A stretch of DNA of 59,090 nucleotides from Eremomyces bilateralis CBS 781.70. Taxonomy: Eukaryota. This document shows positions 25,901-35,164 of this stretch, piece by piece. Positions within the stretch are counted from its first letter, which is position 1. Every line of letters begins with the position of its first letter. The position numbers were made by a program, and so were the translations under genes. A model generated the notes under the pieces. The model had not been told where the DNA came from. It was given only the letters and a program-made list of their open reading frames with translations, and ran no database searches. Location of the stretch: the NCBI GenBank assembly GCA_010015585.1, contig ML975166.1. One strand, written 5' to 3'.

Positions 25901-26169
25901 GGGCTGTTACTTCGCTCAAATGATTGAGGGATGAGCGCTTCTTCTTCCTGGGCGCCGTCGAACTGGAGGCTCTCCGTTGCTGGAGACGCATTTTCAATCC
26001 TACTCTTCCGGTCGAGATTGGGAACAGCTTCATACGTGGAATTGGGTCCACCCTCATTCGAGAAGCCATCCTTGCTCTTTAACATATGATCTTCGAGTTG
26101 TTCAGCACCTTCAAGTTGCGGATCATGCCTTTTCGCGGGCGGGTTCCCATGATCTGCAGTATCCGGCAT
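22951..26169 (-). CDS. FIG4: Polyphosphoinositide phosphatase Fig4 (SAC domain)
   Basis: FYFSYSYNITRSLQ; ARRSR.FAGARFLKRG.N..GYVANDVETEQ; QHRGSIPLYW; catalytic RTNCIDCLDRTN; RYY.NSF.D.QRQ.A.NLFLG. First ATG at 26169. Confidence 0.95.
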   Translation of the reverse strand: MPDTADHGNPPAKRHDPQLEGAEQLEDHMLKSKDGFSNEGGPNSTYEAVPNLDRKSRIENASPATESLQFDGAQEEEALIPQSFERSNSPTTMQRNKSAGYERVGDSARHKMHRFSLYETTTRFYLVAGDVLDRHFRVLKIDRTAPPGHLNIFEDEIVYDKREMNQLLNAIDDGNKASGGLKLKCSSWGLMGFIRFTEAYYMLLITKRTQVAMLGGHYIYQVDGTELIPLTTGSTSKFQRDRNPEEARYLSILNNFDLNNNFYFSYSYNITRSLQQNIIREREALAQGQTPYPHDWNDMFVWNRHLLNPAVGVIQNTFDWCLPVIHGFIAQSSLNVFGRRVYLTIIARRSRCFAGARFLKRGSNDLGYVANDVETEQIVSEMITTSFHAPGPRLFANPTYTSYVQHRGSIPLYWTQENTGVTPKPDIDLNLVDPFYEAAALHFDNLFERYGSPIYAVNLIKARERTPRESKLLYEFESALRYLNQSLPEGNRILYKAFDMSRAVKTRGQDVIGTLDILSGEILAKTGFFHNGGENVGHPSLQNGVARTNCIDCLDRTNAAQSVIGKRAFGRQLQSLGIIEEPTVEYETDAADIFTNMFHEHGDTIAVQYGGSHLVNTMSTYRKINQWQSSSRDMVESFKRYYNNSFIDAQRQEAYNLFLGNYIYAQGQPMLWELASDYYLHHRDPRSWNDSRAQRRNYIQWYTPKFLERRSLPHSVPFRQLSNVNQIQPEQVDDYWLEFYRPLAISSLAKVFSYRLIVNTRYISGTGAPSVGTGHQDSRQGLSPFRPRRRPDPERPTTPDKKTRKGVTIFDPLRDDVSIITRPGSAPREISPIRQGIIRESKPTRLNPYESAQPLPAPAFSIGSLPVASSHDAVPYSSITTGTSNSLSSSFPPGDKTLQHLWTLNQFHHHSLNPTVSAAEAEEYDQYVRHPLELPLVVGNELPGSEELAALIQSGEFGEDSSLVDFMVYVGGKDLKRDLASGSMLGRNALGINITDEEMDNGAARWQKERPWEPDEEVLEEYHDYLVLPDDPLTVRGDDGAKKRYKAYRQWLRGKSLFKQSKVDPEYRPDAP

Positions 26170-26866
26170 GTTGAACCGCCTTGGTGGGGATTGATCGGAC
26201 AAGTTGACGAGGCTTAATTTAGCCAGGCTTCATCCTCCCATTCTTGACCCAAGTCAGACGCTTCTGTATATAAGACAAGAATTCAAAGTTCGCTGCGGTC
26301 TCAGTTAGATGCCACCTGTGGTTGCGATCACCAAACGTCATCAGGGCTCGTGTGCAACAACAACAGGTAGGGATGTCAACTTTTGCATCTTAATGATTCG
26401 GAAAGAGGACGGATATTGGTTTCATTAAATCTTCAGGTAGGCGGACGACCAAACGTTTGAAGGCAATGATAAACTGGTGATTGCTTGCAGTATTAATGCT
26501 GTCTATGGGCGAAATGTTGATGAGCGGTGGCAAAATTGGGATATAGAGCATCACGGGACGCTGTTGTTGATGGACTAAGATAAGGCGCTCTACGCTTAAT
26601 TACCTCCGATATCTCTACGGTATGGTCTATTTGGTCTCTACATAATATCCATATACAGATTAGCCATCTTCGTCGCCATTTATATTGATGCCATCTCCTC
26701 CTTGGGGTATCATTAAGTCGACCGATGTCCGGTTCATCCGCATCGTGCCCTGGTGGATACAAGATAGAATATATTGGGTATTGCCTGGAACATGAATTGT
26801 CCAAATGTATGGCAATTTTGCTCACTCCATCTTGATCGAGGTGTGCTGAGCTGACTGATAGCTAGT

Positions 26867-29332
26867 TTATTCGGATTCTTGCATGTCTGACTTTGAAAGC
26901 TCCTGGACCCCAAAGCCGTCCTGGTCAGGTCGCTCCTTTTCGCCCAACGGTTCAAGAGTAGTCCCATCAGCAATGAGCTTCGTTGGACTTGGCGGAACAG
27001 GGCCCATCAAGCTTCTCCGATGTGGTTTCATGTCCAATAGTTCTTCCGTTTCCTCCACATCTTGCTCCTCCTCCCCATTGTCATCCAACGCCGTTGGGCC
27101 TCTATTCTGTGTAATCACTTCTCTCAGTTGGTCAACGAATTCCTTCATATGTGGAAACTCCGAATGCATGCCCGCCACATCGTCCGACCCATATGCCTTC
27201 GTCGCTTGTATGAGAGCGTGGTCTGCTCGTGCATATCGCCCCAACCGTATCCAATGATCCGAAGCCAGCACGTTCCAGAACGCCGCACTCCTCATTCGAG
27301 ACCCGTACCGCAACATTCCAAGGCCTGGTCGCACTGTGTAGCATGCCGCCACGCGTTCCGCTAGTAGCACATGTCCAAGGGGGCCAACAAGGCCTAGTTC
27401 AAGCGCCTTGGATGCCCAAGTGACGGCACTGTCCGCAGCGGCTGTATTGACGGTGACGCGAAGTTTGAGAAGCTCCAGAGCGAGGCAAAGGCATCGTAGA
27501 GCATAATAAGGGGTGGAGCAGCGAGTGATGTAGGAGTATGAGGCGGTATCGAGGAGATTATCGATCGTTTCCAAGCGAAATTTGGAACTGGTGCTCGAGG
27601 TGCTGAGTGAGGACGTTGACGCTGTAGCCACAGGCCCTGAGCTTGGTGTAGATGCGTTAGCGAGCATGAGAGCCGATATCACAGCCATTTCGTTGGCACC
27701 GGCGTGATACTTCCAAGCCTTGTCGTGGGAAAAGTCCTGCCGTAGCAAGTCGTAGACGGAATGTGCAAGCTTGAAGTCACGAAGCATAAAAGCGAAATCG
27801 GCTAGCTTTCGCATGATCGCTTCCGGAGAGTCCGGTCGATAAAAGCCCTGCAAACCATCGTAATTCGAATTCGAATTCGTGCTGCCAAGGGATCCGATGG
27901 GATTGGAGGATGTTCGGGAAGAGCCGAAGGGGGCCCAACGTTTGGAAAGGGACATAAAACGACCGGAAAGACCTCGACGGCGGGAAACGACTTGTTCGTT
28001 CCATAGGGCAGAAAGTCGTTCCATGGAGGGAATAATGGATTGCGTGGCAAGTTCACGAACAAACGTGCGAATGGCGGTCGCGTCCGATTCGAAAATGCAA
28101 GGGGTTGAATCCTCGCCTTCGTATATCGCTTCTAAAGAGGCGGTTAGATTATCCCGGCGCAGGCGGAAGAACGACGTACCTCTTCGCTGGATTTCGGCTA
28201 GTTCTTCACTTGCTGATACCCATTCGCTTGCTGGCAGCCTCAAACTGTCATCATCCGAGGGGACACACTGACTACTCCTCAAGCGAAGGAGGTGGCAATG
28301 TAACCCGAATTTTCGTTTCATTTGCTCGTATAGTGCCATGGACTTCGTGATATCGTCATGATCGTCATCGTGAACCAGGACGTAATATCGAAGATAGTCG
28401 TTATTCACCCACGGCGGCAGTCTCCGCTCCCCCGTATTCGTACTGTCGTATAGTCGACGAAGCTCATCGATCGGGTTCGGGATTCGCGAGCTAATGGCGA
28501 TTACACATGCAACAGGATGTGCAAAGGTTTCATGTGGAGTCATCGGAAATGCGGATAGGAGTCGGCGTAGGTAGAGAGTATAGAAGGGAGAGATGGTGTC
28601 GGAAAATGGAGACTTCGGGTCTGGATAGTCCTCGGGTTGATCGTCCGGTTCCGTTCGCGACTCTGCGAATGCGAGATGTCGGTCGACAAGGTCTTCCACT
28701 TGCGAAATGTCGCCGCCCACCCTTGCGTACGACAGCATTGGTCGAATGGTCTCAGGTGAACCATTGATCGGGTCCATAGTTGCCTCCAGACTTCGTCGTA
28801 TCGGTGGCTTTGGTGCCCCTAGTCCGTCCCTCAGACCAGTAAACCGGAGTCCATATTCTTCCCAACTCCTGCTTGATCCAATACTATCCCGTATCACCAC
28901 TTTCCCCGGGACCTTTTCTCCGAATGGTCGAATGAGTTCGAGGAAGCCTTCTACAAACCCCTTTTCCCGCATCATCTCTTCGGTATCTTCGGATGCAAGT
29001 ACCCCAACGTGCGGTACGAAGGCTCGGAGAATGAGATCTCTTGGCTCGCCTCTCCGTCCCGAAGACGTGGGAGCTGTTTGATCGGAGCCATTGTGACTTC
29101 CCGTAGTCGTTGAGGCGCCAGCGATGACAGAAGGAGTGGGTGTAGCCGAACCCGAGCTGGGATGCGAGGTCGGGAGGGAAGAGGTGGAAGCGAATAGAGA
29201 GGACAGCGACGGATTCGAATGACGGTAGGGAAGAAAGGTGGATGAGGATACCTGTCTAACCCGCGGAAAGACGCTGGAGGATTCTAGGTCTGGGGAAGGT
29301 GATTGCACTGGGCTTTTAACGGGGGAGGACAT
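26867..29332 (-). CDS. TRS85: TRAPP III subunit Trs85 (TRAPPC8); probable in-frame intron 28132-28179
   Basis: HETF.HPVAC.IAISS; YLRYYVLVHD; MKR.FGLHCHLL.L; W.EQV.S.RRG.SGRF; EA.MRKLADFAFML.D.K.A...Y..L..DF..DKAW. Confidence 0.9.
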   Translation of the reverse strand: MSSPVKSPVQSPSPDLESSSVFPRVRQVSSSTFLPYRHSNPSLSSLFASTSSLPTSHPSSGSATPTPSVIAGASTTTGSHNGSDQTAPTSSGRRGEPRDLILRAFVPHVGVLASEDTEEMMREKGFVEGFLELIRPFGEKVPGKVVIRDSIGSSRSWEEYGLRFTGLRDGLGAPKPPIRRSLEATMDPINGSPETIRPMLSYARVGGDISQVEDLVDRHLAFAESRTEPDDQPEDYPDPKSPFSDTISPFYTLYLRRLLSAFPMTPHETFAHPVACVIAISSRIPNPIDELRRLYDSTNTGERRLPPWVNNDYLRYYVLVHDDDHDDITKSMALYEQMKRKFGLHCHLLRLRSSQCVPSDDDSLRLPASEWVSASEELAEIQRRGTSFFRLRRDNLTASLEAIYEGEDSTPCIFESDATAIRTFVRELATQSIIPSMERLSALWNEQVVSRRRGLSGRFMSLSKRWAPFGSSRTSSNPIGSLGSTNSNSNYDGLQGFYRPDSPEAIMRKLADFAFMLRDFKLAHSVYDLLRQDFSHDKAWKYHAGANEMAVISALMLANASTPSSGPVATASTSSLSTSSTSSKFRLETIDNLLDTASYSYITRCSTPYYALRCLCLALELLKLRVTVNTAAADSAVTWASKALELGLVGPLGHVLLAERVAACYTVRPGLGMLRYGSRMRSAAFWNVLASDHWIRLGRYARADHALIQATKAYGSDDVAGMHSEFPHMKEFVDQLREVITQNRGPTALDDNGEEEQDVEETEELLDMKPHRRSLMGPVPPSPTKLIADGTTLEPLGEKERPDQDGFGVQELSKSDMQESE

Positions 29333-29946
29333 GTATGGCGACTTATGGCACCCAACAAAGGGTGATGATTAGGAGGCCGATCCTCGATGATGGATGCGAT
29401 GTTGGAAAATACATGGGTTATGGAGAAGTGATGGATGGGCCAAGCGGAGGTGCGCTGGGGGGAAGAAAGAGGTCAAAGGGCTGCTATCACCCGCAGCACA
29501 TGTCCGATCGATCCCATGCAGAATCTCTCACTATTGAAAGATGATATTCTTACGTTGTTTGCATCTGATGCGCATGGATAGAACATGGTGATCGACTGGA
29601 GGCCGCGAACGCCGGAGAACAGCAAGGGAATATCCCGAAGTTTAGCCGGTGGGAGGTGGCTGATCATCGGGTCGATTGCTGGTTTGCTGTCACGTGAAGC
29701 TGCCGAGAACATATCCCTTAGGTAAGCAGGCGTGGGAGCCTGGTAGGTCTCTCTGCCTGTATGACGCATATCTTCAACAACGGAGTCAACATTCGAGATT
29801 CTGGCACGGAATATTAGTTCAGTACGAGAGCAATCCTATTGAAGCACCTGGACCACGATTCACCAGGACAGCTGAAATGACCAAGTCGACATCTCACATA
29901 CTTAAATGAATCTGCAGTGGAGGTGCTATGAACTGCTGTCCATTTG

Positions 29947-32917
29947 ATGCCACTCCTTGATCGCATCCTTGTCCTTCCACAGAAACGTCGACTTCACCTT
30001 TTCCACTCCTGTAACACTTTTCGGCCCTTTCTAGTACGGTCAACAAGATTTTCGGTTGTATCAATCTGTTTCTCTTCCTCCCGCCTGCCATCAATGACTG
30101 AACATGGCAATGATGATGCGCGTGTAACAAAGAGACAAAAAATCCAGGGCAGCGTGATCGAGAGGACAGCAGACGCAAAGAAACCCTCTGAAATGGCGGC
30201 AATGACGAGTCGAAGAGATTTGGAAATCAAGTTGACAGAAGTCGAGTCGACTTTGGCACGATTCTTCTTGGATGTTGCCCAACACATTGATCAGAATCCT
30301 TCCGGAGAGGTCCCTCATGCGAAAGCAACTGATGATCCCACCATTTTACGCTTCACGGGTGGATGGGTCCGAGATAAGTTGCTGGGGGTTGCTAGCCACG
30401 ATATCGATGTGGCAGTCAACAATATGACTGGCTACCAGTTCGGACTGGTCATGAACCAATATCTGGACATCCCCGGAAAGTCCGAGAAATATGGCCTTCA
30501 AGGTTTGGCTGGGAAGCTCCACAAGATCGCAGCGAACCCCGAGAAATCGAAACATCTGGAAACCACGACGACACGGGTCTTCGGCCTAGACATTGATATT
30601 GTCAATCTACGAAAAGAAACATATGCAGAGGACAGCCGCAACCCACAGATGGAGTTTGGCACCCCTGAAGATGATGCTCTGCGCCGCGATGCGACCGTCA
30701 ATGCCTTATTCTACAATTTGAATACGTCCAAAGTGGAAGATTACACCGGAAGAGGTCTCAATGACATGGAGAAGAAGTTGATCCGTACCCCCTTGGAGCC
30801 TTATCAAACATTCAATGACGATCCCCTGAGAGTCCTTCGACTTATCCGCTTTGCGAGTCGGCTGGACTATGCGATCATACCTGAGGTATTGGAAGCCATG
30901 GCCGATGAATCGATCAAAGCGGCATTACGGCTGAAAATCAGCCGCGAAAGAGTCGGGGTGGAAATTGAGAAAATGCTCAAAGGGCCAAGGCCTTTGATGG
31001 CGCTTAGCTTAATCCATCGACTTGGGCTCTATGGCACGATATTCACCGATCCGACCATTACACCCTCGTGGCGGCCAGATACCCAGAGGTGGGACTCGGT
31101 TTACAACTTTGTGAGCAGCCTTTTGCTGTCGGATGCGGATGAGAAATTGATATCTCTGCGTTCAATCCTAATCCAGAATGAAGAGGATGGGTTCCTTGCG
31201 TGGGTGCTGGCTTGCACCGTTCCGTATCTGGATGCCCCAGAGCCTGCAGCCAACAAAAAGGGCAACAACCCCTCTCACCCTGGAGTATCCGCATTACGTG
31301 AAGGCATCAAGGCTCCAAACAAAGTTTCCGAGGTCACAGCAATTGCATACCAAAACCGCTCGGCTATAAAGGACTATAAGGACGGCCTGTTTATGCAGTT
31401 GAGAAATCCTGCTTCGAGAAAGAGCACGACCGATTTTGCTGCTCGAGATGTTCTTGGTCTGGCAATTCGACGATGGGGCTTTACTTGGAGGAGCCAAGTG
31501 CTTTTTTCCATGCTTGACGAGATCCATTCGGGCACAAGGAGCATCGCCAGTAAGTGCAATTTCCCATCATACTGGACGACAACTGAGGTATAGCGCAGCC
31601 ATTGTTTCCTCCTATGAGGCATTCGTCAAGCACGTAGAATCCTTAGATCTTCTCGACGCATATGCGTTGAAGCCCATCATCAATGGGAAAGCCCTTATGC
31701 AGGCCCTAGGTGGTAAATCAGGACCGTGGCTTCGAGGTGCATTGGACACGGTTATGGCATATCAACTTCGCAATCCCGGGAATGCCGATGCATCCGCGGC
31801 TATCGATGAAATAAAAGCGGCTCGCAGTAGGGACGAACGAGAAACCAGAAACGAGGCGAACAGTGGTGAGCTCACCAGGTCACTTATTCATCATTTTCTG
31901 AGGCTCACAATTCGCTCTTCTTTCGAAAAGCATCTGGCTCCCGAAGTGACCAGTGATGGCCGAAAGAAGCCTTCGAATGCAATCAGATCTTCGAACGACT
32001 ACATCGACGAAGAGAAGGAGAAAAACCTCAAACCCTGGAAGCATGGTGATGGTTTGGCATTGGAGCTGCTGATCTGGTCTGCAAAATCCATCAGAAGCCA
32101 ATGGGTCCAAGATAACTGGGGATTGCTCATACCCCCAATCCTTACCTTGCTCGATGACCATGATACTGGATATAAGATAATTGGATGCGATTGTTTGAGG
32201 CATGTCCTGGAAGTGACCCCGTCGTTACATTTGCAGCAAACAAATTTGGCAAATCTATTCGAAGAGAAGTTGTTGACATGCTTCTATTATCTACCGACCT
32301 CAATTTCGGTCGAAGACAGCTCGAGGACCCTTGCAGCAGCCACGGCAGCGATGGTCCAGCTCATACGATCACGATGGGCAATCGTGGCCAAACCTGATAT
32401 GGACCGACGCGTACAAGCACTAGACAAGCTTCTCCGACAAGGGATCCTCCGGCCATTGGAGCTCGCAGGGGACAATGCAGCGTTTGCCGCCGTATTGTTT
32501 CAAAACATGGCGTCCATTCTTGATGAGATGGAAATCCTGTCTGTCAAGCACATGCAAAACGTGCTTGACCCGATCTGCGGAACTCTTCGCGACCCATTCT
32601 TGCATGCCCACCCCCCTCTCGCGATCGCGACGCTTGAGGCTCTGAGGTCACTCATGAGAAACGCTTGGCCTCGAATTATTCCACACCGACAACAGATTAT
32701 CCGAGGGTTAACGCGTTGCTGGGTCACTTTATGTGAAGACTCGCAGCAACCCTTCAGTAATGAATCGGAACTGAATGCAGCTCGACTGGAATGTAAAGAG
32801 GCCTGGGAGATGTTGTCGGCCATCACGATGCACGGGGGTGTTGATATAGAGGATGAGATCCATGAAATGGTCGAGGCCGACCTAAGGTTGGGCGGTCTTT
32901 TCCAACGCAAGGTGTGA
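29947..32917 (+). CDS. CCA1: CCA tRNA nucleotidyltransferase fused in frame to a C-terminal Tti2-like domain; intron 31550-31598; ~973 aa
   Basis: RFTGGWVRDKLLG..S.DID; EDDALRRD.T.NALFYN; DDPLRVLRLIRF; KISRERVG.E; post-intron tail KP..NGK.L..ALG.K.GPW...ALD....QL..P. The same open frame continues into GRK...KPWK...W.LLIPPILTLLDD...K..GC...YLP, typical of Tti2. Confidence 0.88.
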
Positions 32918-32934
32918 ATCCGAATGAATCTTCC

Positions 32935-34669
32935 TCATTGTGCCTCTGCCAAAGCCGGCAGATCCCTCTCATTCGGATCTAAATGAATATTAGCCATACG
33001 AGCTTGTGCTTCCTCGAGCTCCTTCTCCGAGTTACTCAAGCTTGTAGCCGTTGCTGGACCCGAGGTGTCCGTGATTTTCGTCTGTTCCGCTCCGGACTCT
33101 TTTCCAATCTGGTCCAGGGAGGCCAGGCGTGCTTTCAGCTTCTCTAGCTCCTGGTCGTTTTCTTGGGATTGCTCGACCCCTGCCATCGCTTGGGCCTTCT
33201 CCTCTGCTTTGGTCTTCTCCTCTGCTTTGGCCTTCTCCTCTGCTTTGGCCTTCTCCTCTGCTTTGGCCTTCTCCTCTCCCTCCAGCCGTTCCAACTCATC
33301 CTCTACGTCGCCTTCATCGACGGAGATTTCAGCCTGGCCGGTAATGACGCTCGAAATTTCCCCTGATATGCCCAGTTGTTCCTGAAGGCGGTCCACAACG
33401 TCTTCGACGCCTTCTACCCCACCAACGGCCTTATTGAGACCCTGGAGCGCATTTGTCGAACTCTTCATTGCCCGAACAACTTCCACTTGGGTGGACGCAT
33501 CTTCAATTTGCAAACGAAGGGATTGAAGCTGATGCAGTGTCTCGCGGCGCTTCTCGGCAGAAGATTCGGCTAGTTTTCTTGATCTCAAAGCAGAGAGCGC
33601 CGCGCCTCGGCGTTTGCCTTCAAGCGCCGTGCGCGCAGCCCGTTCATGATGAGAAACCTGGTTCTCAAGCTCGGAAATGGATGGGGAAAGCTTGGAGATA
33701 ATCGTATCAAGCTGCGCCACGGTCACATCAGCCTCATTAATGGGGGGTGGCGGATTGGAGGAGCCTGGCAGGGCAAATTTAACTGTGCTGCTCTCACGCG
33801 AGTAGGTAGCCACCGGAGGATCGGTATCGCGAGACAGATGAAGAATAAGGAGTTCCATGGACAGAGGAGATGGGTGGGGTTTGGAGGAGAGCTTTGATAC
33901 AAGATGAGACAGCGTTGTCGGTGTGAATACGAGCGTTGAATGGTCGTTCCGCAAATGTGCTAGAATTTGTGAAGTCGTGGCCTTCAAAGTCGTCAGCATA
34001 AATCCTGTCTGTAGCCCAAGTCCCAGCCTACCTCGAGGTTTTCTCGAAGGACAAATCTACCCGTTGCGGATGAATGAGTTCCTGACAAATCGGGTACACC
34101 CAATCGTCTCAATCCCCACCGCATCACCTCCCAGGGCGATATACTCCCCAGCCAGCCTGTATTTCGCTTGGAGATATTACTCGTGGCAGAAAGGAACTCC
34201 TCCAAAGGTATAAACACATCGCGTGCGATGGCGTCCGCCTGATATGTCATTAGCAGCCTGTTCCAAGCTAACGACCGTGGAGCTTTATCACGTACAATGA
34301 CATCTCCAAGCCCGGAAGGCCTCCCTAATTCTCTAGTTTCGAGAGCTTTCGCGAGCTTCTCCCCAGACTCCAGTATGTACGTGTCGCTTCCCGTCGCATC
34401 AGTTGTGTTGTTAACCGTCGTTGCCGCTCCAGACTGTCCGGGTAAAGCACCCGCCCGGGCTGCGTGCGCTAACGCGTTTCTCCATGCGTCGAGATTGGCG
34501 GTGTAGCCGTCTGGATTGGCGGTTCGATGGGCGGGAAAATCGGAATATAATGATGCTACTCGTCTCTTGCTTGGAGAATATCAGTACACGCTTTGTAGGG
34601 ATAGAATATGGGGACAAACCTCTGAAACGCCTCCTCATGGGTAAACAGGAAATGGAGTAAATCGGACAT
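32935..34669 (-). CDS. CHM7: CHMP7/Cmp7 ESCRT-II/III hybrid (Snf7 family); multi-exon
   Basis: Exon 1 MSDLLHFLFTHEEAF, then SLYSDF...NPDGY.AN..AW..AL (CHMP7 N-terminus). C-terminal Snf7 helices: AL.ALRSRKLAE...L.QL..L..QIE.A..QVEVV.AM..ST.AL..LN..VGGVE.VE.V.D.L. Confidence 0.85.
33194..33277 (-). repeat. 18-bp coding tandem repeat (~4.7 copies) encoding EEKAKA in CHMP7
   Basis: GCCTTCTCCTCTGCTTTG repeated near-perfectly on the + strand. Confidence 0.92.
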
Positions 34670-35164
34670 GTTGTTTTATTCGCGGAACCATAATAAAGGA
34701 GCGCGCTCGGCCTCGACACGTCTACATATGTCGTAGTATGAAGAGCATGCTCAAGTCCATGAATAGTAGATAGTTGAACTTGGGCGAGCCGAACATGAAG
34801 TTTCGAGGTTGTCATGGTGATTGGATGAGCCGTTGAAGATAAATCAGGTCAACCCCCCAACCCACTTCGATTCCATATCATTCGTAGCGTACCGCTTTAA
34901 GCACCTTTATAGCAAAATCAAGCATTTAATTGTCAATCATTGTGCTGTATTGGACTGTCTACGCCCATATCATGCCAAATCAGGCAATACGGTAATGTAT
35001 TCTATGCTGTTATCTATGGTGTTGACTACAGGCTGTACACTGGCTTTCCGCGCTGCCCCCAAACGGTGTATACCGGGATTACAACAAAGGTTGTAGAAAG
35101 TGAGCCGGCCATAGAAAGGCAATGTTCTAGCAAACATACCCTCTCGATGCGCCACAACCGACCC

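Noticed and set aside
31436..32917. Standalone 493-aa gene
   Set aside because: Its first ~55 codons overlap CCA1 exon 1 out of frame and the intron, and the next ~75 aa are the CCA1 tail. It is exon 2 of the fusion.
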